This document shows, piece after piece, positions 26,245 through 42,151 of a DNA stretch of 64,000 nucleotides. The notes under the pieces are model-generated. The model worked only from the letters and a program-made list of their open reading frames with translations. It was not told where the DNA came from and searched no databases. A program made the translations under genes and the position numbers. Origin of the DNA: the human T2T-CHM13v2.0 reference genome, Homo sapiens; the NCBI GenBank assembly GCA_009914755.4, contig CP068257.2, positions 8,352,001 through 8,416,000 of the forward strand. Direction: 5' to 3'. The stretch's first letter is position 1. The number at the start of each line of letters is the position of its first letter.

Positions 26245-28456
26245 TTTTTATGTGAAGATATTTCCGTTTTCACCATAGACCTCAAACCGCCTACATATAT
26301 CCCTTTGCAGATTCTACAAAAAGAGTGTTTCCAAACTACTCAATCAAAGAAAGCTTCCACTCTGTGAGATGAATGCACACATCACAGAGAAGTTTCTCAG
26401 AAAGTTTCTGTCTAGTTTTTATTTGTTGATACTCCCTTTTTCACCATAGGCCTCAAACCGCTCATTAATAACCCTTTGCAGATTCTACAAAAAGACTGTT
26501 TCCAAACTACTCAATCAAAAGAAAGCTTCAACTCTGTGAGGTGAATGCACACATCACAAAGAAGTTTCTCAGAAAGCTTCTGTCTAGTTTTTATTTGAAG
26601 TTGTTTCCTTTTTCAATATAGGCCTCAAAGTGCTCACAAATGTCCCTTTACAGATTTTACAAAAAGACTGTTACCAAACTGCTCAACTGAAACAAAGCTT
26701 CAACTCTTTGAGATGAATGCACACATCACAAAGAAGTTTCTCAGAAAGCTTCCGTCCAGTTTTTATGTGAAGATATTTCCTTTTTCACCATAAGTCTCAA
26801 AGCATTCAAATTATCACTTTGCAGATTCCACAAAAAGACATTTTCCAACCTGCTCTATCTAAAGAAAGGTTTAACTCTGTGAGAAGAATGCACACATCAA
26901 AAATAAGTTTCTCAGAATGCTTCTGTCTAGTTTGTATCTGAAGACATTTCCTTTTTCACCATAGGCCAAAAAGGGATCCCAAATATCCCTTTGTACATTC
27001 TACAAAGGACCGTTTCCAAACTGCTCAATCCAAAGACAGGTTCAACTTTTGGGATGAATGCACACATCACAACGAAGTTTCTCAGAAAGCTTCTGTCTCG
27101 TTTTTGTGTGAAGATATTACTTTTTTCACCATAGGCTTCAAAGAGCTCACAAATATCGCAAAGCAGATTCTACAAAAAAACTCTATCCAAACTGGTCAAG
27201 GAAAAGAACACTTCAAATCTGTGAGATGAATGTGCACATCTCAAATAATTTTCTCAGAAAGCTTCTGTCTAGTTGTTATGTGAAGATATTTCCGTTTTCA
27301 CCATAGACCTGAAACCGCCTATATATAACCCTTTGCAGATTCTACAAAAAGACTGTTTCCAAATGGCTCAATCAAAGGAAGCTTCTACTCTGTGAGATGA
27401 ATGCACATATCAGAGAGAAGTTTCTCAGAAAGTTTCTGTCTAGTTTTTATTTGTTGATACTCCCTTTTTCACCATAGGCCTCAAACAGCTCATAAATAAC
27501 CCTTTGCAGATTCTACAATAGGACTGTTTCCAAACTGCTCAATCAAATGAAAGTTCAGCTGTGTGAGATGAATGCACACATGAAGAAGAAGTTTCTCAGA
27601 ATGTTTCTGTCTAGTTTTTATGTGAAGACACTTCTTTTTCACCATAAGCCTGAAAGTGTTCCCAAATTTTCCTTTGCAGATTCTATGAAAAGACTGTTTC
27701 CAAACTGCTCAATCAAAAGAAAGGTTCAATTCTGTGTGATGAATGCACACATCACAACGAAGTTTCTCAGAAGGCTTCTGTCTAGATTTTATTTGTGGAT
27801 ATTTCCTTTTTCACAATAGGCCTCAGAAAGCTCACAAATATCACTTTGCATATTCTACAAAAAGGCTGTTTCCAATCTGCTCAATGAAAGAAAATTAAAC
27901 TCTGTGAGATGAATGCATGCATCGCAAAGTGGTTTCTTAGAATGCTTCTGTCTAGTTTTTATATGAAGATATTTCCTTTTTCATCACATGCCTCAAAACA
28001 CTCAAAAACATCCATTTGCAGATTCTCCAAAAAGACTGTTTCCAAACTGCTCAATCAAAAGAAAGATTCAAGTCTTTGAGATGCATACACCCATCACAAA
28101 GAAGTTTCCCAGAAAACATGAGTCTAGTTTTTATATGAAGATATTTCCTTTTTCACCATAAGCATCAAAGCATTCACAAATATCACTTTGCAGGTTCTAC
28201 GAAAAGACTGTTTCCAAACTGGTGAATCAAAAGAAAGTTTCAACTCTGTGAGATGAATGCACACATCACAAAGAAGTTCTTCAGAAAGCTGCTGTCTACA
28301 TTTTATTTTTCGATATGTCCTTTTTCACCATTGGATTCAAAGCACTGAAACATATCACTTCGCAGATTCTACAAAAAGACTGTTTCCAAACTGCTCAATC
28401 AAAAGAAAGGTTCAACTCTGTGAGATGAATGCACACATCACAAAGAAGTTTCTCAG
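26244..28456 (-). repeat. Alpha satellite, reverse-complement orientation
   Basis: The tandem 171-bp monomers read ...ccataggcctcaaa..gctcacaaatatccctttgcagattctacaaaaagactgtttccaaactgctcaatcaaaagaaaggttcaactctgtgagatgaatgcacacatcacaaagaagtttctcagaa.gcttctgtctagtttttatgtgaagatatttcc, which is the reverse complement of the consensus. The first ~350 bp (26244-26590) recur at ~95% identity at 27273-27620, an offset of 1029 bp or 6 monomers. Confidence 0.95.
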
Positions 28457-30033
<1,577 letters not shown>

Positions 30034-33000
30034 GAATGTACACATCACAAAGAAGTTTCTCAGAAAGTTTCTTTCTAGTTTTTATGTGAAGATATTTCCT
30101 TTTTCACCATAGTCCACAAGGTGCACCAAATATCTTTTGCAGATTGTACAAAAAGATTTTTTCCAAACTGCTCAATCAAAAGAAAGGTTCAACTCTGTGA
30201 GATGAAATCACAAATCACAAAGAAGTTACTCAGAATGCCTCCGTCTAGTTTTTAAGTGAAGGTATTTCCTGTTACACCATAGACCTCAAAGGGCTCACAA
30301 ATATCCTTTTGCAGATTCTACAAAAAGACTGTTATAGAACTGCTCAATGAAAAGTAAGTTTCAACTCTGTGAGATGAATTCACACCTAAAAAAGAAGTTT
30401 CTTAGAATGCTTCTGTCTAGTTTTTATGTGAAGATATTTCTTTGTCACCATAGGCCTCAAACCACTAAGAAATATCCCTATGCAGCTGTTACAAAAAGAC
30501 TGTTTCCAAACTGCTCAATGAAAAGAAAGATTCTACTTTGTGAGATGAAAACACACATCACAAAGAATTTTCTCAGAAAGTTTTTAGCTAGCTTATATGT
30601 GAAGATATTTCCTCTTTCAGCATAGGCCTCAATGGGCTCAAAAATATCTCTTTTCAGATACTACAAAAGGCCTCGTTCCAAACTGCTCAATCAGAAGAAA
30701 GTTTCAACTCTGTGAGATGAAAGTACACATCACAAGTAAGTTTCTCAGAATATTTTTCTAGTTTTTATGTGAAGATATTTCCTATTTCACCATAAGCCAT
30801 AAAAGTCTCACAAATATCCCTTTGCAGACTCTACAAAAAGCCTGTTTCCAAACAGCTCAATCAAAACAAAGTTTCAACTCTGTGAGATGAATGGACATAT
30901 CACAAAGAAGTTTCTCAGAAGGCTTCTGCCTAGTTTTTATGTGAAGATATGACTTTTTCACCATAGGCCTCAAACTGCTAAGAAATATCCCTTTGCAGAT
31001 TGTACAAAAAGACTGTTTCCAAACTGCTCAATGAAAAGAAAGATTCTACTTTGTGAGATGAAAACACACATCACAAAGAATTTTCTCAGAAAGTTTTTAG
31101 CTAGCTTATATGTGAAGATATTTCCTCTTTCAGCATAGGCCTCAATGGGCTCAAAAATATCTCTTTTCAGATACTACAAAAGGCCTCGTTCCAAACTGCT
31201 CATTCAGAAGAAAGTTTCAACTCTGTGAGATGAAAGTACACATCACAAGTAAGTTTCTCAGAATATTTTTCTAGTTTTTATGTGAAGATATTTCCTATTT
31301 CACCATAAGCCATAAAAGTCTCACAAATATCCCTTTGCAGACTCTACAAAAAGCCTGTTTCCAAACAGCTCAATCAAAACAAAGTTTCAACTCTATGAGA
31401 TGAATGGACATATCACAAAGAAGTTTCTCAGAAGGCTTCTGCCTAGTTTTTATGTGAAGATATGACTTTTTCACCATAGGCCTCAAACTGCTAAGAAATA
31501 TCCCTTTGCAGATTGTACAAAAAGACTGTTTCCAAATTGCTCAATGAAAAGACAGGCTCAACTCTGTGAGATGAATGTGCATATCGTAAAGAAGTTTCTC
31601 AGAATGCCTCTGTCTAGTTTTTATGTGAAGATATTTCGTTTTTCAGCATAGGCCTTAAATGGCTCCCAAATATCCCTCTGCAGATACTACAAAAAGACTA
31701 CTTGAAAACTGTTCAATCAAAGGAATGCTTCATCTCTGTGAAATGAATGCACATATCACAAAGAAGTTTCTCAGAATGCTTCTGTCTAGTTTTTATGTGA
31801 AGATATTTCCTTTTTCACCACAGGCCTCAAAATGCTCCAAATATCCATTTGCAGATTCTACAAAAAGACTGTTTCCAAACAGCTACATGAAGAGAAAGGT
31901 TCAATTCTGTGAGATAAATGCACACATGGAAAAGAAGTTTCTCAGAATGCTTCTGTCTGGTTTTTATCTGACATAATTATTTTTCACCATAGGCCTCAAA
32001 CCGTTCAAAAATATCCCTTTGCATATTGTACAAAAAGACTGTTTCTAAACTGTCAAATGCAAAGAAAGGTTCAACTCTGTGAGATGAAACCACACATCAC
32101 AAAGAAGTTCTTCATAATGCTTCTGTCTGGTTTTTATGTGAAGATATTTCATATTTCACCATAGGCCTCAAAGAGCTCACAAATATCCCTTTGCAGACTC
32201 TACAAAAAGACTGTTTTCGAACTGCTCCATGCAAAGAAAGGTTCAACTCTGTGAGACGAATGCACACATAAAAAAGAAGTTTCTCAGAATGCTTCTGTCT
32301 AGTTTTTTTGTGAAGATATTTCTTTTTCACCATAGGCATCAAACCATTCAGAAATATCCCTTTGTAGATTGTACAAAAATACTGTTTCCAAACTGTTCAA
32401 TCAACAGAAAGGCTCAAACCTGTGAGATGAAAGCACACATCACAAAGAAGTTTCTCAGAATGCTTCTGTCTAGTTTTTATGGGAGGATATTTCTTTTTCA
32501 CCATAGGACGCAAACCCCTCAGAAATATCCCTTTGCAGATTGTAGATAAAGAATGTTTCCTAACTGCTCAATCAAAAGAACAGTTAAAGTCTGTGAGATG
32601 AAAGCACACATCACAAAGAAGTTTCTCAGAAATCTTCTGTCTAGTTTTTATGTGAAGATATTTCCCTTCTAACGATAGGCCTCAAAGAAATCCAAATATC
32701 GATTTGCAGATTCTACAAAATAGTGTTTCCAAACTGCTCAATCAAAAGAAATTTTCAACTCTGTGAGATGAAAACACACATCACAAAGAAGTTCTTCAGA
32801 AAGTTTCTCACTAGATTTTATGTGAAGATATTTAGTTTTTCACCACAAGCCACAAAGTGCTCCAAATATCCATTTGCAGATACTTCAAAAAGAGTTTTTC
32901 CAAAGTGCTCCAAATATCCATTTGCAGATACTTCAAAAAGAGTTTTTCCAAACTGCTCAATCAAAAGGAAATTTCAACCTGTGAGATGAATGCAAACATC

Positions 33001-33884
33001 ACAAAGAAGTTTCTCGGTATGCTTCTGTATAGTTTTTCTGTGAAGATATTTCCCATTTCACCATTGGCCTCAGTGGGCTCACATATATCCTTTTGCATAT
33101 TCTACAAAAGATTGTTTCCGAATTTCTCAATGAAAAGAAAGGTTCATCTCTGGGAGATGAATGCACACATGAATAAGAAGTTTCTCAGAAAGCCTCTGTC
33201 TAGTTTTTGTTTTAAGATATTTATTTTTCACCGTAGGCCTCAAACTGCTCAGAAATATTCCTTTGCAGATTGTACAAAAAGATGGTTTCCAAACTGCTCA
33301 ATGAAAACAAAGGTTCAACACTGTGACATGAATACTCACATCACAGAGAAGTTTTTCAGAAAGCTTCTGTTTAGTTTTTTAAGTGAAAATATTTCCTTTT
33401 TCACCATAGGCCTCAAAGCACTCCAAATATCCTTTTGCAAACTCTACAAAAAGAGAGTTTCCAAACTGTTCAATTAAAAGAAAGATTCAAATCTGTGAGA
33501 AGAAAGTACACATCATGAAGAAGTTTCTCATAATGCTTCTCTCTACTTTTTTTTGTGAAGATATTTCCTATGTCGCCATAGGCCTCAAAGATCTCACAAA
33601 TATCCCATTGCAGATTCTACAAAAAGACAGTTTTTGAACTGCTAAATGAAAAGAAAGGTTCAACTCTGTGAGACGAATGCACACATAATAAATTAGTTTA
33701 TCATAATGCTTCTGTCTAGTTTTTATGTGAAGATATTTCTTTTTCACCATAGGCATCAAACCGTTCAGAAATATCCCTTTGTAGATCGTACAAGAAGACT
33801 GTTTCCAAACTGCTCAATCAAAAGAAAGTTTCAAACTGGTGAGATGAATGAACACATAACAGAGGAGTTTCTCAGGAATCTTTT
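30034..33884 (-). repeat. Alpha satellite, reverse-complement orientation
   Basis: Tandem 171-bp monomers, reverse-complemented, with the pJalpha motif now on the + strand (tatttcctttttcaccatagg). Confidence 0.95.
30497..31528 (-). repeat. Near-identical (~99%) tandem duplication of an alpha-satellite trimer (2 x ~516 bp), with the start of a third, more diverged copy
   Basis: The segment 30497-31012 essentially equals 31013-31528. Both copies include the unusual variants 'gtttttagctagcttatatgtgaag' and 'cataagccataaaagtctcac'. The copy starting at ~31529 diverges after about 70 bp. Confidence 0.88.
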
Positions 33885-34333
33885 TTTTTTTATTTTCATC
33901 ACTTTATTTTACTTTTTTTAAAGTTAGTTTTTTTTTATTTATTATTATTATACTTTAAGTTTTAGGGTACATGTGCACAATGTGCAGGTTTGTTACATAT
34001 GTATACATGTGCCATGCTGGTGTGCTGCACCCACTAACTCGTCATTTAGCATTAGGTATATCTCCCAATTCTATCCCTCCCCCTTCCCCCCACCCCACAA
34101 CAGTCCCCAGAGTGTGATGTTCCCCTTCCTGTGTCCATGTGTTGCTCTCGTTGTTCAATTCCCACCTATGAGTGAGAATATGCAGTGTTTGGTTTTTTGT
34201 TCTTGCGATAGTTTACTGAGAATGATGATTTCGAATTTCATCTATGTCCCTACAAAGTACATGAACTCATCATTTATTATGGCTGCATAGTATTCCATGG
34301 TGTATATGTGCCACATTTTCTTAATCCAGTCTT
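33885..34333 (-). mobile_element. L1PA-like 3'-end fragment (~450 bp), minus strand, 5'-truncated, with a long T-rich (poly-A-derived) tail at 33885-33960
   Basis: The reverse complement reads agactggattaagaaaatgtggcacatatacaccatggaatactatgcagccata...gggtgcagcacaccagcatggcacatgtatacatatgtaacaaacctgcacattgtgcacatgtaccctaaaacttaaagtataataataa. Alpha satellite flanks it on both sides. Confidence 0.92.
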
Positions 34334-37300
34334 CTGTCTTGTTTTTAGTGAACATATTACCTTTCTCAACATAGGCCTCAAAGCAATCCAAACATCCATT
34401 TGCAGACTCTACAAAAAGACTGTTTCCAAACTGATCAATCAAAACAAATTTTTACGTCTGTGAGATGAAAGCACACATCACAAAAAAGTTACTCTGACAA
34501 CTTCTCTCTAGTTTGTATGTGAAGATATTTCCTATTTTAACTGAGGCTATAAAGGGCTCACATATATCCCTTTGAAGGTTCTACAAAAAGACTTTCCAAA
34601 CTGCTCAATCAAAAGAAAGGTTCAACTCTGTGAGATGAATGGACACATCACAAAGAAATTTCTTGGAATGATTCTATCTAGTTTTTATGTGAAGATATTT
34701 CTCTTTCACCATAGGCCTCAAAAGGATCAGAATTATCCCTTTGAAGATTGTACAATAAGCCTCTTTCTAACCTGCTCAATCAAAAGAAAGGTTCAACTCT
34801 GTGAGATGAATGCACACATCACAAGGAAGTTTCTGAGAAAGCTTCTGTTTAGTTTTTATGTGAGGATATTTCGTTTTCCACCATGGGCCTCAATAGCGCT
34901 CAAAATATCCATTTGCAGATTCTAGACAAAGAGTGTTTCCAAACTCCTCAATCAAAAGAAAGTTTCAATTCTGTGAGATGAAAGCACACATCACAAAGAA
35001 GTTTCTTAGAAAGCTTCTTTCTAGTTTTTATGTGAAGATATTTCACATTGCACCATAGTACTCAACACGCTCAGAAATATCCCTTTGCAGATTCTACAAA
35101 AGGGCTGTTTCCAAACTGCTCAATCCAGAGAAAGTTTCAACTATGAGAGATGAATGCACACATCACAAAGAAGTTTCTCAGAATGCTTCTTTCTAGTTTA
35201 TATGTGAAGAAAATTCCTATTTCACCATAGGCAATAAAGGGCTCACAAATATTTTTTTGCAGATTCTACAAAAAGACTGTATCCAAACTGCTCAATAAAA
35301 ATAAAGTTTCAACTCTGTTAGATTAATGGACACATCAAAAAGTAATTTCTCATAAAATTTCTGTTTAGTTTTTATGTGAGGATATTTCCTTTGTCACCAT
35401 TGGCCTCAAAGCACTCCTAATATCCATTTACAGATATCACAAAAAGAATGTTTCCAAACTGCTCAATCAAAAGAAAGTTTTAACTCTGTGAGATGAAAGC
35501 ACACATCTCAAAGAACTTTCTCAGAAAGCTTTGGTCTAGTTTTCATGTAAAGATATTTCCAGTTTCACCGTAGGCCTCAAAGGGCTAAGAAATATCCCTT
35601 TCCAGATTCTAAAAGACAACCATTTCCATACTGCTCAATCAAAAGAAAGCTTAAATTCTGTGAGGTGAATGCACACATCAGAATGAAGTTTCTCAGAATT
35701 CTCCTGTCTAGTTTTTATGTGACAATATTTACTATGTCACTATAAGCTTCAAATGTCTCAAAAATATCCCTTTGCAGATTCTACAAAAATATGGTTTCAA
35801 AAGTGTGAATTAAAAGAAACCTTCAACTCTGTCAGATGAATGAAGACATCACAAAGAAGTTCCTCAGAATGCTTCTGTCTAGTTTAAATGTGAAGATATT
35901 TCTTTTTCACATAGACCTCAAATGGCTCAGAAATACACCTTTGCAGAATGCAGGAAAAGACTGTTTCTAAACTGCTCAAACAAAATAAAGTTTCAACACT
36001 GTGAGATGAATGCACACATCACAAAGAAGTTTCTCAGAAATCTTCTGTCTAGCGTTTATCTCAAGATAATTCCTATTTTGCCATAGGAATCAATGTGCTC
36101 ACAAATATCCCTTTGCAGATTCTACAAAAGTTCTGTTTCCAAGCTGCTCAATCAAAAGAAACGTTCAACATTGTGAGATGAATGCACACATCACAAAGAA
36201 GTTTCTCAGAATGCTTCTGTCTGGTTATTATGTGAAGATACTTCCTTTTTCACCATGGGCCTGAAAACACTCTAAATATCCACTTGCAGATTCTACAAAA
36301 AGAGTGTTTTCAAACTGCTCAATGAAAAGAAAGGTTTAATTCTGTGAGATGAAAGCACACTTCACAAAAGTGTTTCTTAGAAACCTTCTATCTAGTTTTT
36401 ATGTGAAGATATTTCATATTTAAAAATAGGTCTCAATGGGCTCAAAAATATGCTCTTACAGATGCTACAAAAAGAGTGTTTCCAAAAAGCTCAATCAAAA
36501 TAAAGGTTTAACACTGTAAGATAAATGCACACATTACAAAGAAGTCTCTCAGAATTCTTCTGTATAGTTTTTTTGAGAAGCCACTTCTTTTTTCACTATA
36601 AGCCTGTCTGCTCACTAATAGCCCTCTGCAGATACTACAAAATACTCTTTCCAAACTGCTCAATCAAAATAAAGGTTCACATCTGTGAGATGAAAGCCCA
36701 AGTCACAAAGAACTTTCTCAGAAAGTTTCCGTCTAGTTTTTATGTGAAGATATTTCCTATTTCTCCTTAGGCCTCAAAAGGATCACAAATATCCCTATTC
36801 AGATTCTACAAAAAACTGTTTCCAAACTGCTTCATCAAAAGAAAGGTTCAATTCTGTGAGATCAATGCATACATACAAAATTAGTTTCTCAGAATGCTTC
36901 TGTCTAGTTTTTATGTGAAGTTATTACTTTTTCACCATAGGTCTCAAACTGCAAACAAATATTCCTTTGCAGATTGCACAAAAAGTATGTTTCCACACTG
37001 CTCAATGAACAGAAAGGTTCAACTCAGTGAGATGAATGCAAACATCACAAAGAGTTTTCTCAAAATGCTTCTGTCTAGGTTTTAGGTGAAGATATTTACT
37101 TTTTCACCATAGGCCTCAAACTGCTCACAAATATCCCTTTGCAGTTTCTACAAAACGACTTGTTGCCAAACTGCTCAATGAAAGGCAAGGTCCAAATCTG
37201 TGAGATGAAAGGACACATCACAAAGAAGTTTCTCAGAAAGTTTCTGTCTAGTTTTTAAATGCAGATATTTTCTTTTTCACTATAGGCCTCAAAGCACTCC

Positions 37301-40300
37301 AAATATCCGTTTGCAAGTTCTACAAAAAGAGTGTTTCCAAACTGCTCAATCAAAAGAGAGGTTCAACTCTTTGTGGTGAAAGCACACAGCACAAAGAAGT
37401 TTTACAAGAAGCTTCTGTCCAGTTTTTATGTGAAGACCTTTCCTATTTCACCATAGGTCCCAATGGGCTCACAAACATCCCTTTGCAGATTCTACAAAAG
37501 AATTCTTTCCAAACTGCTCAATCCATGGAAAGTTTCAACTCTGTGACATGAATGCACACATCACAAAGAAGTTTCTCAGAATGCTTCTGTCTAGTTTTTA
37601 TGTGAAGAAATTTCTTGTTCACCATAGGCCTGAAATGCTGCAAATATCCATCTTCAGATTCTACAAAAAGAATGTTTCCTAACTGCTCAATCAAAAGAAA
37701 AGTTCAACTCTGTGAGACGAAAGCACACAACACAAAGAAGTTTCTCTGAAAGCTTCTGTCTAGTTTTTTTGTGAAGATATTCCCTATTTCACCATAGTCC
37801 TGAAAGGGCTCACAAATATCCCTTTGCATATTATACAAAAAGACTGTCCCCAAACTGCTCAATCAAAAGAAAGTTTCAACTCTGTGTGATGAATGCACAC
37901 ATTACAAAGAAGTTTCTCAGAATGCTTTTGCTAGTTTTTATATGAAGATATTTCTCTTTCACAGTAGGCCTCAAATGGCTCAGAAATATCCCTTTGCAGA
38001 TTGTACAAAAAGACTGTTTCCAAACTGCTCAATCAAAAGAAAGTTTCAACACTGTGAGATGAATGCACACATCACAAAGAAGTTTCTCAGAATGCTTCTG
38101 TTAAGATTTCATGTGAAGATATTTCCTTTTTCACCATAGGCCTCAAAGGGCTCAGAAGTATTACTTTGTAGATTCTACAAAAGGTCGGTTTAGAAAACTG
38201 CTCAATCCAAAGAAAGGTTCAACTCTGTGAGATGAATGCACACATCTCAAAGAAGTTTCTCACAATGGATCTGTCGAGGTTTTCTGTGAAGATATATCCT
38301 TTTTAACCATAGGCCTTAAACTGCTCATGAATATCCCTCTGCAGATACTACAAAAAGACTGTTTCCAAACTGCTGCATCCAAAGAAATGTTCAACTCTGT
38401 GATATGAATACACACATCACAAAGAAGTTTCTCAGAATGCTTCTGTCTGGTTTTTATGTGAAGATATTTCCTATTTCACCATAGGCTGTAAAGGGCTCAC
38501 AAATATCCGTTTGCATATTCTAAAAAAAAGACTGTTTCCAAACTGTTCAAACAAAAGAAAGGTTCAACTCTGTGAGATGAATGCACACATCAGAAAGAAG
38601 TTTCTCAGAATGCTTCTGCCTGGTTTTTATGTGAAGATATTTCCTTTTTCAGCATAGGACTCAGTGGGCTCAGAAATATCCCTTTGCAGGTTCCACAAAA
38701 GGACTGTTTAGAAAACTGCTGAATCCAAAGAAAGATTCAGCTCTGTGAGATGAATACACACATCACAAAGAAGTTTTGCAGAATGCATCTGTCTAGTTTT
38801 TATGGAAAGATATTTCTTTTTTCACCATAGGCCTCAAAGTGCTCCAAATACCCATTTGTAGATTCTACAAAAAGAGTGTTTCCAAACTGCTCAATCAAAA
38901 GAAAGGTTCAACCTTGTGACACGGAAGTAAACATCACAAAGTAGTCTCTCAGAAAGCTTCTGTCTATTTTTTATGTGATGATATTTCCTATTTCACCATG
39001 GGCCATATAGGGCTCACAAATTTTTTTTGCAAATTCTACAAAAAGACTGTTTCCAAACTGCTCAATCCAAAGGAAGTTTCAACTCTATGAGATGAATGGA
39101 CACACCACAAAAAAGTTTATCAGAATGCTTCTATCTACTTCTTATGTGAAGACATTTTTTTTTCACCCTAGTCTTCAATGGGCTCAGAAATATCCCTCCT
39201 TTGTAGATTCTACAAAAGGACTGTTTCCAAACTGCTCAATCAAAGAAAGGTTCAACTCTATGAGATGAATGCACACATCACATAGATGTTTCTCACAATC
39301 CTTCTGTCTATTTTTTATGTGAAGGTATTTCCTTTTTCACCATAGGCCTCCAAGCACTCCAAACATCCACTTGCTGATTCCACAAAAAGACTGTTTCCAA
39401 ACCCCTCATTCAAAAAAGGATTCAACCGTATGAGATGAATGCACATATCACAGAGATGTTTCTCACAATGCTTCTGTCTATTTTTTATGTGAAGGTATTT
39501 ACTTTTTCACCATAGGCCTCAAAGCGCTCCAAACATCCATTTGCTGATTCCGCAAAAAGACTGTTTCCAAACTGCTCAATCAAAAGAAAGGTACAACTCC
39601 GTGTGTTGAAAGCACACATCACAAAGAAGTTTCTCAGAAAGCTTCTGTCTAGTTTTTCTTTGAGGATATTTCCTGTTTCACCATGGGCCATAAAGGGCTC
39701 AAAAATATTTTTCACAGATTCTACAAAAAGACTGTTTCCAAACTGCTCAATCCAAAGAAAGTTTCAACTCTGTGAGGTGAATGGACACAAGACAAAGAAG
39801 TTTCTCAGAATACTTCTGTCTAGGGTTTATGTGAGATATTTCCTTTTTCACCATAAGCCTCAAAGTGCTCCAAATATCCATTTGCAGATTCCACAAAAAG
39901 ACTGTTTCCAAGTTGCTCAATGAAAAGAAAGTTTCAACTCTGTGAGGTGAAAGCACACATCACAAAGAAGTTTCTCAGAAAGTATCTTTCTAGATTTTTT
40001 GTGAAGATATTTCCTTTTTCACCATAGGCCTCAAATCACTCCAAGTATCCATTTGCAGATTCTACCAAAAGATTGTTTACAAAATGCTAAATCAAAATAA
40101 AGTTTCAGCTCTGTGATGTGAATGCAGGCATCACAAAGGAGTTTCTCAGAAAGATTCTGTTTAGTGTTTATCTGAAGGTATTTCCTTTTTCTCCATAGAC
40201 CTCAAAGCTCTCCAAATATGCATTTCCAGATTCTATAAAAAGTCTGTTTCCAAACTGCTCAATGAAAAGAAAGGTTCAACTCTGTGAGATGAAAGCACAT

Positions 40301-42151
40301 ATCACAAGGAAGTTTCTCAGAATGTTTCTTTCTAGTTTTTTTTGGAAGATATTTCCTTTTTCACCATAGGCCTCAAAGCACTCCAAATATCCATTTGCAG
40401 ATTCTACAAAAAGACTGTTTACAAACTGCTCAATCAAAAGAAGTTTTCAACACTGTGAGATGAATGCACACATTACAAATTAGTTTCCCAGAAAACTTCT
40501 GTTTAGTTTTTATGTGAAGATATTTCCTTTTTCACCAGAGGCCTCAAAACACTCCAATTATCCATTTGCAGATTATGCAAAAAGAGTATTTCCAAACTGC
40601 TCATTCAAAAGAAACACTTAACTCTTTGAGATGAAAGCACTCATTAAAAATAAGTTTCTCAGAAAGCTTCTGTCTAGCTTTTATGTGAAGATATTTCCAA
40701 TATCACCAAAGGCCTCAATCGGCTGAGAAGTACCCCTTTGGGGATTCTACAATAGGACTGTTTCCAAACTGCTCTAGCAAAGGAAAGGTTCAACTCTGTG
40801 AGATGAATGCACGCATCACTAAAAGGTTTCTCAGAAAATTTCTGTGTAGTTTTTATGTGAAGATATTTCCTACTTCACCCTAGGCCTCAAAGGGTTCACA
40901 ATTATCCCTTTGTAGATTTTACAAAAAGACTGTTTCCAAATCTTCAATCAAAGAAATGTTCAAATGTGTGAGATGAATGCAAACCTCACAAAGAAGTTTC
41001 TCAGAATTCTTCCATCGAATTTTTATGTGATGATATTTCCTTTTTTACCATAGGCCTCAATATGCTCCAAATATACATTTGCAGATTCTACAAAAAGAGT
41101 GTTTCCAAACTGCTCAATCAAAAGAAAAGTTCAACTCTGTGAGATGGAAGCACACATCACAAAGAAGTTTCTTAGAAACCTTCTGTCTCGTTTTTATGGG
41201 AAGATATTTCGTATTTCACCATAGGCCTCAATGGGCTCAGAAATATACCTTTGCAGATTCTACAAAAAGATTGTTTACAAACTGCTCAATCCAAAGACAG
41301 GTTCAACACTCTGAGATTAATTCACACATCACAAAGAAGTTTCTCAGAAAGCTTCTGTCTAGTTTTTATGTGAAGATATTTCCTTGCTCACCATAGGCCT
41401 CAAACTGCTCACAAACATCCCTCTACAGATACTACAAAAAGACTGTTACCAAACTGTTCAATCAACAGAAGGGTTCAACTCTGTGTGGTAAATGCACACG
41501 TCACCAAGAAGTTTCTCAGAATGCTTCTGTCTAGTTTTTATGTGAAGATATTTCCTTTCTCATGAAGGCCTCAAACCACTCCAATTATCCATTTGCAGAT
41601 TCTACAAAAGATGGTTTCCAAACTACTCAATGAATAGAAAGGTTCAACTATGTGAGATGAAAGCACACATCACAAAGAAGTTTCATAAAATGTTGCTTTC
41701 TAGTTTTTAAGTGAAGATATTTCCTTTTTCACCATAGTCCTCAAAGTGCTCCAAATATCCATTTGCAGATTCTATAAAAAGTGTGTTTTCAAACTGCTCA
41801 ATCAAAAGAAAGGTTCAACTCTGTGAGATGGAAGCACACATCACAAATAAGTTTCCAGAAATCTTCTGACTAGTTTTTATATGAAGATATTTCCTATTTC
41901 ACCATGGACCTCAATGAGCTCACAAATATCCCTTTGCTGATTCTACAAAAGGACTGTTTTGAAACTGCTCAATGAGAAGAAAGGTTCAACTCTGTGAGAC
42001 GAATGCATACATCACAAAGAAGTTTCTCAGAATGCTTCTGTCTAGTTTTTAGGTGAAGATATTTTCTTTTTCACCATAGGCCTCAAAGTGCTCACAAATA
42101 TCTCCTTGCAGATTCTACAACAACAGAGTATCCAAATTGATTAATCAAAAG
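34334..42151 (-). repeat. Alpha satellite, reverse-complement orientation
   Basis: Tandem 171-bp monomers in reverse-complement orientation. They are diverged from one another, and I saw no CENP-B boxes. Confidence 0.95.

Noticed and set aside
33885-33960. A T-rich low-complexity stretch (ctttttttttttattttcatcactttattttactttttttaaagttagtttttttttatttattattattatac) could be taken for a separate microsatellite or regulatory element
   Set aside because: It is the degenerated poly(A) tail, seen as poly-T on the + strand, of the minus-strand L1 3' end at 33885-34333. It is not an independent feature.
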